Below are positions 11,986 through 25,104 of a DNA stretch of 33,306 nucleotides, one piece after another. The stretch comes from Octopus bimaculoides. Lineage: Eukaryota. The translations under genes were made by a program, and so were the position numbers. The stretch spans positions 26,566,088-26,599,393 of the forward strand of contig NC_068988.1 in NCBI RefSeq assembly GCF_001194135.2. Reading direction: 5' to 3'. The first letter of the stretch is position 1, and every line of letters begins with the position of its first letter. A model generated the notes under the pieces. The model was given only the letters and a program-made list of their open reading frames with translations. It did not search any database and was not told where the DNA came from.

Positions 11986-13450
11986 CATTATATACAGAAG
12001 CTAGTATACTAAAAGTAAATTGTATTTTGCTACCAAAAACATTTAATTCTATTCCGCTTCAATTTTAAACTGATTTTATGGGACATAAACAAATATTTAT
12101 TCATGTTTTATCAAACACACTTGAGTTGACAGACAGTTTATAATATAAAATATTGTTATTGGAACGTAATTCATTTAAATAAATTTTAGCCTGATGCATA
12201 CGATACTTCTCTTGTTGAGATAAACATTATATTGAACAAATAGCACAATTCGTAGTCCGGAAATTCCTACTTCACAAACCATATTTTGCATTCGAGTTTA
12301 TGTACATTAAGTTAGAGGCAGTAAATCCTTTTATAATGAGGAGCCTAAGTGTACTAACTTTATAAATGAATTAAAACAATCTAAGCTTAGGAGTGGAAGC
12401 ATGTGATGGCTGAGATTTTCATGAAGTATATCTGTTTTTCAATAATTATTAGCAGAGAATAAAAAGTAAAAATTCATTAATTGTATAATTTAGCTCCATA
12501 TCCAACGTGACTTCAATATTTTAATTAAACATCTAATTTCAAAAATGACACTGAAATGTTTTTTGACCATGGCATTTGTGTTTGGACCTACCAAATTGAA
12601 TATGAAAATATGGATGACAAATTTACAAATTTAGATGATATGCGGCGTCAGTAATTAGTTTTTAACACATTTTCACTGGTTATATTACAAACATAACGTA
12701 GGTTAAAATGAGGCACATTCCATAGTAGCGTAGATTCATATACTTAGTGTAGCCATGTAATTTCGGTCTATCCTTTCAATTACCAGTAGTTCTGATAATT
12801 GCATTTCTTAAAGAAAATATAAAATATTTTAAATGACATTCAACGAACTTATTACATCAAAATATGGTCGATTAGTTTCAATTGTCTTTTACCAACATTA
12901 ATTTACAACAGATGTCCTTATTTTGTTTTTTGGGGTTTTTTCTAAAAAAAAAAGGTGTCATGGTGTTTTTAGTGTATGAACTTTTCATCGACTTTTTTAT
13001 TCGAGAGTATTTTATTTAGTATAAATAGTTCCAAGTGTTTAGAAAGGTGGTAATCCGATTGGAAGAATTTCAGACAAATAACGATTTTGTGGGATGGACA
13101 ATATTCGAAGTGTTATTTTGTGAAGTATCTGATCGAGCGTTTTCCTACATCGGAATTTGTCTGTCTCTCTTAAATAATCTAGTACAAACTGATTACACCT
13201 TTTTTTGCAAAATGAACAGTGACCTATACATTTAAAAACCTCCATTGCCTGATGAAATTCTAGGGATGTAGTTGTGCTCTTGAATAATTCATGCACTTTA
13301 ATGGAATCACAAAACCAATGCATAGAAGAAAAACATCACCTGGAAAAACTAGACCAAGTTAATGTGATATCTATCCAATTTATGGAAAACAAATGAATTC
13401 ACTACCTAGCTTGTATAAATATAGTTCCGATATATCTCATAAGTATAAAG

Positions 13451-13590
<140 letters not shown>

Positions 13591-15970
13591 CACAGTTTGT
13601 ACATACATACACCACGTCATTTTTACTAGTTGAATTCTAGATCTTTCTGGATGTCTTTTGTTCTCTCTATAACGACGGATTTGCACCGTATATACTTTAA
13701 TGTCTCAGTAACATTGTTCATCTACACTTTTAGCAACTGGTATGATGGAGCTTTTTTTTTTTTGAGTGAGGGACGGATAGTAATAGGGGTGTTTTGTTCA
13801 GCATATATCGTTGGAACAATGTAAATACACAAGCATATTTGTCTCCTAGATATGCAATTTCAATTCTTGATCCTCAACTGAGAGCAGATGGCATGTACAT
13901 ATTATCTAAATGTTCTCATACTGAGGACGAACAAAATTATAAAATCGCATGTTCATATATGAATAGTAAGATTTGTCTAGTCGAATCGATGAAATATACC
14001 ATAAGCATTTTATCGGCCACCACTGCACTTATATATACAATATCCAATTCTGCTTCTGTAAAGACATAGAAGCATGTGTCGTAAAATAAGTACAGGGGGC
14101 TCTCTTTGAAATTGTATTTTGTATCCTAAACTTCTTGATATTTCTTATATAGAAATAGTGGACGTTTCTAAGAAAATATTCTCTTAATTACAGAGAGAGG
14201 AAGTAAGGGGATTAAAAGGCTAATGTTTGCAGCAGGATTACTTAAACGGCTCCCATGTCTATGAAACAATTAAGATCTCTGTAGCTTGATATTTACTCGA
14301 TGTACTCTAGTGCCCTTAACTAAATCAAACCGTCCTAGACAATAAATTCGCATCACATACCAATTCTACCTTAAACGATACGCCTAGTTGGTTTCTCTCA
14401 GATAAAATTCCATTGAATAACATGACAGCATCATATTAACGTTAGCCCAAAGGCTGCGAGGCCAATATTTTTATATATTTCATGATATACAGAATGTAAA
14501 ATTCCCACACACAAGAAAGTTGCACTGATTGCTAGATGCATTTTATTCTGTTCTGTTGCTGAACTATAAATATATGTTTACACTACCAGTATCATAGTTG
14601 TTATAACATATTTCTCATGGGCTGGTTTGTCTTCACACGCAACTTCAGTCTTAATGACAGATTTTTCGTTTACGCTGCAACATATTTCTTTGCTACTCCA
14701 TCATTTCCATTACATTTCTATCATATTGCCAAAGGGTTTATCGTAGGCCAGAATATTTTGGTTAGTTCCTCAAATATGTGCACATATATTCTTTCATTAT
14801 CGTTTACATATCATGAAAATTTTAATATTTTTGATGAGCTAGCTCTCATTCAAATTACAACTATCCTATAATCATCTGGCTCTAGCGATACTGTCTATAT
14901 TGTAATTGATATTTCTATAAATTTAGTCGACATCTGCTTCCAGATGTCATATTATGTGCTACGAGAATTTTCAAGAACTGACATCCAAAATTAGCCTTTT
15001 GTATCGTTATACTTGTCTGTCCATAAAGGCTTTTCCGGTAATGTTTATAACTTATCTGTTTGTTTTACGTATATTTTCCACCAAATTCCAATATTAGAAA
15101 ACAGTTTATGGTTATATCACATTCATTGATCTTTTAAAATTATTTCTTAAATTGTTTTGTTAGTCACTTCATTTAACCAACCTCATCTTTTCATTGCACT
15201 TTTATATAGTTATGTTTTTATAGCTATTATTATGTACGTAAAATATTATTTTACAACAGGTTTTATTTATTTTAATCATTTTTGGTTTTTGTTAATTTGC
15301 TGTTATATGAGGCTTTCAAGGCATTCTAAATGTTGTCCTGATATCAACATAGAATAAAATCTGCATGGTTTGAATAGTAGTATTCGTTTGATTTGTAGAC
15401 TCATCGATATATCGATTCGTGGATATTGAATAGTTGTTATAGTGAAGTACATTCTGTTGTGCTAAAATCATGCGTACTTGTAACATTAGTGTCTTGCGAG
15501 AAAGTCAGTAACATGGTATGGTAATATAACAATGCTTTCATTTCCCTCATATGCAAAACAACTTGGTTCACAATGAACAGTAATTGCAACTGGCTACGAA
15601 TCTTTTTGTTTTTGTTTGAAGAACAATAAATTAGAGGAATAGTCATAATAATACACTGACGTAATATTGTCTATTATCAAAACCAACTGACATGGATGTA
15701 ATATATTTCTGCTTGGATTAGCGATGTCAATATAAATTTTTGAATAAAATATTGGAATTAAGAAGAGATTATGCTAAAGTAATGTATTTTATTGTTTTAA
15801 TCCCTGCAGTAAATATTCCACCCAAAATTTGCCTTTGCACCACTGATGTTTGCTCCAGATTTTTAATACAAATACACATGTAGTACACATACAGACATAT
15901 CCATGCCCGAGGTAATACTTGCACTGCTTTCTTCCAAGGAATCTAATGGTCTTAGTTTAGTTTTTCCTTG

Positions 15971-16165
15971 GGCTGGCCAGATTGGAGCAATCACGAGTAT
16001 AACCAGCCGAAATTGCAAAGATAATCTGGAATTCGACTGAAGAAAGAAAACTCCGAATGACCCGTCGTTCTATTCTTTGTATCGTCTATATCGATGTTTT
16101 GTTATCCCTTTTTTTGTATCACCTGTCTAGATGTTTGGAGTTCTTGTCCCATTTTGTATTTTTAT
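15971..16165 (+). mobile_element. Probable PLE-type terminal-repeat remnant with half hammerhead-like motif and internal diverged tandem repeat
   Basis: GGCTGG(15971-76)...CCAGCC(16003-08)-GAAA...CCCGTC(16061-66), then two diverged ~38-bp units starting TTGTATC. The CTGATGA box is absent. Confidence 0.45.
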
Positions 16166-16450
16166 ATATATATTATATATATATATATNNNNNNNNNNNN
16201 NNNNNNNNNNNNNNNNNNNNNNNNNNNNNNNNNNNNNNNNNNNNNNNNNNNNNNNNNNNNNNNNNNNNNNNNNNNNNNNNNNNNNNNNNNNNNNNNNNNN
16301 NNNNNNNNNNNNNNNNNNNNNNNNNNNNNNNNNNNNNNNNNNNNNNNNNNNNNNNNNNNNNNNNNNNNNNNNNNNNNNNNNNNNNNNNNNNNNNNNNNNN
16401 NNNNNNNNNNNNNNNNNNNNNNNNNNNNNNNNNNNNNNNNNNNNNNNNNN

Positions 16451-16451
16451 A

Positions 16452-16492
<41 letters not shown>

Positions 16493-16690
16493 AAGAGAGA
16501 GAGAGAAAGAGAGAGAGAGAAAGAGAGAGAGAGAGAAAGAGAGAGAGAGAAAGAGAGAGAGAGAGAAAGAGAGAGAAAAAGAAAGAGAGAGAGAGAAAGA
16601 GAGAGATAGAGAGAGAGAGAGAGAAAGAAGGAGAGAGAGAAAGAAGGAGAGAGAGAACGAGTCGCGGACAGACAGACAGAGAGACAGACA
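16451..16690. repeat. (GA)n/(GAGAGAAA)n polypurine microsatellite after gap 16189-16450
   Basis: Directly visible; source of the ERER/SLSL ORFs. Confidence 0.95.
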
Positions 16691-19600
16691 GAGATAATGA
16701 CATACGTTCCCAGCAATCCGTACACTCACAAACCCACAAACATACACATTTAGAATCAACAGATTTGACAGATACTCACAAAAAATGTGTATCTCTCCTA
16801 TTGAAATTAAATCTACGACAGTCATACACATTTGATCTGATTAAAATCTTCAACAAAATAATTGCTCAAGTTTGATTCGTTCTTGCATTTCAGTTTGGAA
16901 AGCTATAAAATATTTTTTCCTTGTAGACGTGTAATTGTATTCTTATTTATCGCATTCGTAGAATCTATGAAAATTTAGTATCAAAATATTCAACATCAAT
17001 TCGATAGTTTAGTGTGTTCCTGTTCTGAAAATAAGTGTATGACTGAAAATTCAGAGATAAGTAGTAGGACAAAGAAATGTTCAGTTGTTGTTTTTTGCTT
17101 TAATTATTGTTATAACCACACTTTTCAAGATGTTATTGTAATTTGTGGATATAATTTTGGAACACAAACATTCTAGTCAGTTTTGTACAAATTGGATGTA
17201 GTTCTGTTTTCATACGATGCGAATAGGATTTTATTCTCTGACGAATACGATTAGAAAATAAAATATGTATCCCTTTATATATATATATATAATACTCAAA
17301 TACCAGTCGATATTAACACTATCATTTTAGACAGATATATACATACACACACATATAAGCGTGTACACTACTAGCCATATATAAGCAGTGAGTGCCTGTA
17401 ACGTGTGTGTCTGTATGGGTGTATATAGTGAGGAAACGCAGGAATATTAAACTACAGATTTCTGAATGCTAATAATAAGCTTTAAAACTGCCAGTGCTCT
17501 CATTATGCAATCCTGTATGATAAATGAAATGTATTATATTAGTACAAGTTTATTTCATGATATGATTTATATATGCATAACCGCGTTGCGTGCTGTAACG
17601 TCAGAAGTAACTTTCTAAATAGAAAAATTTTCAAATCATACTGACTATTCTTTACAATCATTTTCACCTCTAATATGCAGTAATGTTGCAATATTACTTG
17701 CTTTCCTTCACCTGTAAGTATAGCTTTAATGTATCTAACTGTATAGATCACTTTAAATTCTTTAAATTACGTGAATAAATCGAATAAAGAACGCCGGTCT
17801 AGAATTCAAGATGTAAAGCAACTAAATATATTACCAAGATCAGAAGTAACATGTATCCATGCAAAGATTATATATTTTCTAATGCTGATACAAAATAGAC
17901 TATCAGCTTGGCCATTTCGTATATATTGCTATGGAATATTGGTTAAGAACTTTGCACTCTGTCTGTAGCAATGGTTTATATTTCAGTCGAGTCATCGTTT
18001 TTGATTATCTTTCTTATAACTTTCACATTCGTACCAACATTTGCTTGTAAGCAAATTTACTTTCTTCAAAGTTCAAATCGCCAAAACATGAAACATATTT
18101 TTAAATACTTAAATATATAATCAGTAAAAATGTGCCCATACATTTCTGTAATCTTAATTTATTATTAAATTTTAATCGCACCTGATATTTTTCAGAAATA
18201 AATGTTGTGTGTCTGCTTGTAATCGATTTCGTTAACCTAAGGACTTTGCCTGATAAAGGTGCTACACGACAGAAACGTGCCTGGGTTAACGTCTACACTA
18301 TTATACTTGCCTACATAAAATCATATTGTCATTTACTATATTGCTTTTTTCTCTCACACTTCCACACTATGATTACATTTAGTCTGTCCACGATTTTCTT
18401 TGCTGTCTGTCACATCTTGAAAACATTCAAGATCACTTCTTCATTAATAAATGGTTAATTCTTCTTTATTGTACTATGGCGTTACCTTCTTATCTCTCTC
18501 GGATTTCCAAATGCTTCCCCATTGTTCACTGTTCATGTAATATATCAAGACCTTTCGCCATGCATCAACTTCCCATCTTTTTATTGTTTTTTATTTTTTT
18601 ATTTTTCCTTTTGTCATTTTTCCACATTTTCCGTCGTTTTCTCTTCATTGTTCAATTTTGCCATCTTTCATTCCTAGCTTTTGGTTTCCCCGTCGGCAGT
18701 TGCAACTTCTCAGGTATCACTTCCTTCTACCTGTTCATTCCTCCTAACTCAGCTTTACTTCTCTTAACATAGCACCCCTCTCACCATCCTACGACGCCGT
18801 TAACGTGTAATCCCTCTGTACTAGGACACTATGATTATTAATTCATAGAGTATTAAAAATATTACTAATTTAGGATTATTTTTCTTATGGACGGAATATC
18901 TGACGTAATTATACGCTAACGAAAGTGTCAATATGTGCTTCTTAACTATTTTCATTTACTTTTAGATTTTATCAGCTAAAATATATATCACCTTCTCAAG
19001 CCAAAATGAGATGCCCTCCGAATCCAACAGCTTTTCGTTGCCTAATGTCTACGTATACGTATGAGGAGTAAAACTATAAATCGCTGGCATCATAGTTTAA
19101 ATTGTTGATATGAAAGTATAATAGACACAAACAAATATGCATAAAACATTTTACTCAGTATCGTTGTGCCTTATATAAATGATGTGCATTCAGTGATTAC
19201 ACCTTTAAACACAAATAGTTAATTTCAAATCCCAAAGAGCCTTTTATAGAAATATATAAATTAGAACAAAATTGCATTGTTGATGGGGCAGTAATCATCT
19301 GTAGTTTCCTATCTAGGCATTATTTATGTGGATATTCATTTCAAAATGATTGATCGATAACTAATGAAAAACATAATCTTTATTCATTTCGATTATGACT
19401 AATGAAGTCGATCAATGCTCAATTATATACATTAATACTACCATGTTCATTAATAGAACATGCATTTGTGAAAGAGCAGAGGTTAATATCAAATTGTTCA
19501 AGCTACATTCAACGTATATTATTAATCACATGACTTCATTACATATGTCCCAGCTTATGTTTACGCACAGACGTACAGAATATACACATGCTAGCTGATC

Positions 19601-19965
19601 ACGTGCCGTCAATAATGACGGCTGATGATAGTATTTTATATATAAATAAGGTACAAAATAAGATACATAATAATCACGCATACAAACATTCACATACTTC
19701 CCTTGGACATGCACATACATAGACACATATACTCACACAGAGTTGAAATGCTGATTTTTCACCCCTTCTTTCCTTATTCATCTATTACCTTTCCTTTCTC
19801 TCATTACTATTACTTTCTATCACTCCCTCTTAGTCAGGACTATTACTCTCACTACTTTTCCTTCACTGAATTACTATTTTCACTCCTCATCGGCATCCGG
19901 GGTGATTCTGGAGAAATATATATACAAATATATAAAAACACAGCATTCATTATTAAATTAGAAGA

Positions 19966-20807
19966 TTAGTTCTGTAGCACGACAACAGATGACAGCACTC
20001 AGTTGCATAGCGAGAGTTTGCAGTAAGCTTCATGAAGGAGTGTGCCGAGTGACGGCGCTGCGTTTACGTCGTATGAGACATTTGAGTTTTGTGATCACGT
20101 GTACGTTGTAGTCTGTGATTTCTCTCATGGACAGGAAGCTGAAACAAAGAGCCAACTGTAGATTTTCTCGTTAAACATAGAAAGCCTGCAACAGAGACAT
20201 TGAGCATGCTTCGGCAAGTTTACGGCGACGAGGGAATGGGTCGTACGTAATGTTGCGAGTGGCACGAGCGCTTCAAAAGCGGAAGAACGTCCCTGGAAGG
20301 CGATGAGTGATCTGGAAGACATGTCACGTGCTTCTCTCATAGAAACGTGAAGAAATTCATCAGCCTGCGCATGAGAATCGTCGGAGGACAATCAACGAAG
20401 TTTTGTAGCGTTTGAGGGACAACATTTGATGAAAGCGACCGGAAATGTGGAGCATGCCCACAGTACACCCTGTCATCGAGCTCCCCTCATTTGGGAATTT
20501 CTTTTCAAACACAATATGGTATCGCTTCTGCACCTGTCCTATTCACCAGATTTAGCACCTGTGGACTTCCATCACTCACCGAGAGAAAGCAGTTTAAAAG
20601 TCAGTTTTAACACCGTTGTTGAGATCAAGAGCGAATCGCAGAAGGACCTCGACTCACAGAAAACGACTTCCAGGCCGGATTCCAAAATTGACAGGAACGC
20701 TGGGACCGGTATTTTGCTGCGCAAGATGACAATGATGTTATAACCTAGGTAAATAAGCTATTTTTTATCGAACATATCTAGATCGGGAACTGTTTGATAC
20801 CACCTCG
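19966..20807 (+). mobile_element. Internally deleted, decayed mariner element
   Basis: ATG at 20127: MDRKLKQRAN..VKHRKPATETLSMLRQVYGDEGMGRT*CCEWHERFKSGRTSLEGDE*SGR..HENRRRTINEV, then a jump to RLRDNI**KRPEMW..HSTPCHRAPLIWEFLFKHNMVSLLHLSYSPDLAPVDF..ENDFQAGFQN*QERWDRYFAAQ. YSPDLAP motif at 20540-20560. A 3' TIR-like sequence at 20782-20807 (reverse complement CGAGGTGGTATCAAACAGTTCCCGAT); no 5' TIR recognised. Confidence 0.92.
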
Positions 20808-22600
20808 CATACATATATTCGCGTGAGTGTATTGAGCCATCTCTTCTACGCTGAATTAAACACAAGATTCATAAGAATTTACCTGTATAATACGAAATAC
20901 ACAGCCTACCTCAATATGTATTATATCGTATCCCTAGCACATATAATTTCTGATTGTGTTTGGTTTCCAAAATCAGCCGTTTAAGTTGTTGTATGTTAAC
21001 TCCTAAAAACAAAATTAGGTGGATGCTTGCTTAGGTAATAAAAGGATAGCGTTTAACTATAAAATTACTTATTGGTTGAATTTTACGATACATCTAAAGA
21101 ATTTCAGGGATTATACTTAATGGCCTTTATTTTACTGTCATTGTGGAGGAACGATCTTCCAATATAACGATGGTCTTTACTATATATCCTTGATATGAAT
21201 GCCGTTTTTAGTATATTGATTTATTGTAACATTCAATGCGAGAAATGCCAACGAAGCTAGAAAAGCCGATGGGAATGAAAATGTATAAATGTCCTTGTGA
21301 AAGTAGAGAATATAGTTAAATAAAATATGCTGGAACGTATTTCTGGTTTTATAAATTATAAGTCACTTGGTTCTTAATACGTGCAACAGTATGGCTAAAC
21401 CTAGCCATAATTTGTTACACTTCAGAACGAAAATGGTAACATTCCTCTACTAAGCAAACACACTGTCTTTGAATAGGTGACAAGAGTCTTTGTCTGGTTT
21501 ACCGATCGCTCTCTCTGAACTAATATCAGTTTCAATACAGTTTTATTACACTAGGTTGATACACGTCTGCATACAGAAATATATATTATTGATGCAGCTA
21601 TGTAAATTGTACGCACGCCTTGAGTGTAATGATTCTTCTACAATTATCGTTGTTTTCATTATAATATATCGGACTATAACTAATATTTTATAAACTGTCA
21701 CCTGAAACGTCTTTCGAATTTATTACTACTTGCGCATGTTGTCCCTTTCGTCGCATTTTTATTGTGCTACATTGATAAGAAAATTGAATTGGATAGTATT
21801 ATGTGTGACTTTCATTCATTATTTTCTTTCAGCTGTCATACTATCTTTTCATTGCATTCATGATTTGTAAATTTCCTTACGGCGTTAATTTCACCTATAA
21901 CAAAGGTTTCCAGTGTTCAGCTTTTCAGAAAATCCTTAATCATAGAATGTAATGTCTAAAATGAAATGAAAGCAGCATCCATAATTAATTTATTAAAACA
22001 TACCTTCATTATTGTCTTCAAAAGATGTAAATCAATATGGAATTAGATTTTGAGTTAACCTTCTAACATCCAACTCGACACAACTTTGGCACCGTTACTT
22101 AGTCTCTGAACCTGCTAAAAATAGGAGCAAAATATATTTCAAACCCAAATTTTATAGCTTAAAAGAAATGAGAGCTTATATAATGCAATCCAAGTTAACT
22201 TCATACATTATTTCTGAAAAGAATTTGCTGCTGTAGGACATGGTTTGAATGTTTTACTCATACATGTATTAGACCGGGTCGGGGGGTACAAATTATCAAG
22301 ATTAAAATGTTTTCATTATATTCTTGTGAAATAATCAATAACAATTATTTCCTACGTAAGGTTTATAGAAGCTGAACTTAGTTCCTTCGTAAGTGAAACT
22401 GAGGACAATGAAAACAAGTTTAGCAAAAATTATATCACTGTTACCGTTGGACATTCAGAAGTTTGATTATATTTATTTCTACAATTAGCTACGGAGAATG
22501 AAGTGACATAAATTTAATCAGGCTCTAAGAGAGTATCAAGAAGACATGTCTATCCGTATATGTGTTTTTGTGTATATGCAGTGTATATTTATATATATAT

Positions 22601-22770
22601 GGGGTGAAAGAGCTGGCCTGGTGATTAGCCTTTCGTACGCAAAATAGTGGTTTCGATTTCCGGAGCGGTTGGCGGCGCGTTCTATTCTTGAAGAAATCAT
22701 TTCGTTACACGTTCCCCTGCTATCACTTCGACATTTTATTTGTGGCCAAGCGTGCACCACTCGTACATTT
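22601..22770 (+). mobile_element. Degenerate tRNA-derived SINE head
   Basis: A-box-like TGGCCTGGTGATTAG (~22614) and B-box-like GGTTTCGATTTCC (22649-22661) at tRNA-like spacing in a GC-richer island directly after a (TA)n run. Confidence 0.5.
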
Positions 22771-25104
22771 AATGCCGATCTGATTGAGGGCTTGTGCAGA
22801 TCTTTCAGTAAGAAATTACTAATAGATATAGGGGTTCAACGTATATGATTCTCTAATTTCATTTATTCAAAGAAGGGAATTATGGAAGGAAATGTTTCCC
22901 ACTTTTATAAGCAAATACACGTAACACACATATGACAATATGGAAATACGTGTGTAGCACGAAATATAACATTGACTGGGAATCAAAATAATTTTATTTA
23001 TTACAAACTCTTTTATTAAGATAAATAGAATAACTTTATCTAATCAGAGCTCTACATTTTCAGACGGTAAGTACAATTTGGTTTTGATTTAGCTGCTACT
23101 GCTGGCCTGTCTCGTGAGTATAACTTTCCTAATATTTTCTTTAACAGTGAGGGCGCGTGTATGTGCCCATCAAATTATTACGACAGGAATAGTTTGATAT
23201 TTAATGTAAACAAACTAAAATAATGTAATAAATGTAATAAAATTGTCTTCAAAATATATATTTTAAAAAAGATTCTTAAATTATCATTAATTTTGCCAAA
23301 AAGGAAATCTTATGTTTCAAGTCGTTTCAGATATTCTCCCCATATCAAAGTTTATTTGCCGTTTACAGCTCTGTCTGCACTCCAAAGTATATCGTGGCAT
23401 TTATTTGAAATATGTTAGAACTACAGGCAATAATAGTTCTTAGTATGATTCGTGAACTTTAGAATATATGGCAATGTAAATGAGTTTTGTAACCTCATTT
23501 ATAAGTGCAAATCCACAACTGTTCCGATGCAAATTATTGATAGATTTGTGATGCAGAAGATAAAGTAGTATATGTTAATCTTTCTTCCGTACATTGAAAT
23601 TAGACATACTGTTTGAATATATTCGATGTATCAAAATGATATATTGGAAATATAAATAAACTGCACTCTATTACGCAATATCGTATACAGTAATATAAAG
23701 TTTTGTAAACTACATGCTATTTCTTATGCAAACGTTTATACATTTTCAACAACATTAACCATTGCTATAAATAAATAGGAATATATTATCACAATTGAAT
23801 GTAACAAGGGAATTTGGGAACATATAAGTTTAGACTTTTTATAGCAATCTAAGTATTGTTTTGATGTCTATGTTACAATTGATCTCTCAATTTCGTAGAA
23901 TCAAATTACACTGCACCTGGTATTGTGGATATTTCGAGACTGAATATATCAGCCGTGGAACTAAAATATTACAGGTGATAAAAATAATATAACTACGTCA
24001 AATATTTGAAATTATCTAAGTATTTAATCTGTTTAATGCCCTCAGCTATAATATGGAATGTTGACTCAGTAACTTAAACATGAAAGAATGCTTTTAATAA
24101 TTTTACATTTCCGATAATTCTTGAGGTTTATTTTAAATGATATTCTGACGAGGGCAAAAGATCCAGGTGTACTTTTATAGTACAAAGAGTTTCAAGACAT
24201 AATTAGATAATTTCTCGAAACTCAGTCCATTATTCCTTTGCTCTCTTAAGATAAAGAAATTATTCTTAAAAGTTTCGTAACAATTATGTATGCCGTGAAT
24301 ATTAAACATTACCACGCGGATCATTTAGATGTACGTGTCAAACATTAGTGCAATATGGAAATTAATTACTTTTTATCAGACACTGATAATGAGGTTGAAG
24401 CTTCAATTATTTCATTTACTTCCCACAATTAATGTCAATTAGTGCTACTCAGATAGTGTCATGAGCGTGAACTACACAATTTAATACTACACTGTTATAA
24501 AAATACAAACTAATACCTTTTCTCCTGATGATGGATAATTTTATAGATAGTCTAGGAAGTTTACATCCGACAGTATGCCATTCCAACCATAAAAATCATG
24601 TCTACGTTTTTGGTTATTGCAGATTTAATATATTTATCTGCTGTTTAGAAGAAGCTGCTTTTTTATCTACGTTGATGTGGATGCTACTTATAAGAGTTCT
24701 ATTGACCACGTAGAGGCTGTGTCGCTGGCGAAATTTAAGTAAATCTATGTCAGTTAGTTTAAGTATGTCATCTATTGACCAGTATTTTACATATAAATGC
24801 TCACATAAAACATAAATCTTTTTAGAACACTTTCAAAACTAAACACTGGTCGTTTTGCAACACTAAGTACAAAAGATAACAAACCATATGTTACTTTGAT
24901 AAATTTTCACAGGTTTAAATAACACTATTAATAAATGGAGATAACATTGCATAGTAAATGTTTTGATGTGAGGTTATTAGCTAAAACTAAAGTGGTTGTA
25001 GTCTGGAAAACATAAGTCACTCAAAAAACATAGAAAGATCTTCACCTTCACTTAAACATTACACGTTTTCAGCACGTTACTGCATTCTACATTCGTCAAT
25101 ATAT

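Noticed and set aside
13630-15720. Several 60-90 aa ORFs on both strands, considered as a decayed gene or large transposon
   Set aside because: Manual translation of the stretches I checked gave no recognisable motif, and lengths are within chance expectation.
16057-16875. Longest ORFs in the track (up to 272 aa, ER/SL repeats)
   Set aside because: Made of 262 Ns plus (GA)n repeats.
18476-18800. Pyrimidine-rich 98-aa hydrophobic ORF
   Set aside because: Hydrophobicity follows from T/C skew; no motif on either strand. May be part of the nearby repeat remnant.
19780-19890. Loose CTATTACT-based repetition
   Set aside because: Low-complexity, with no definable unit.
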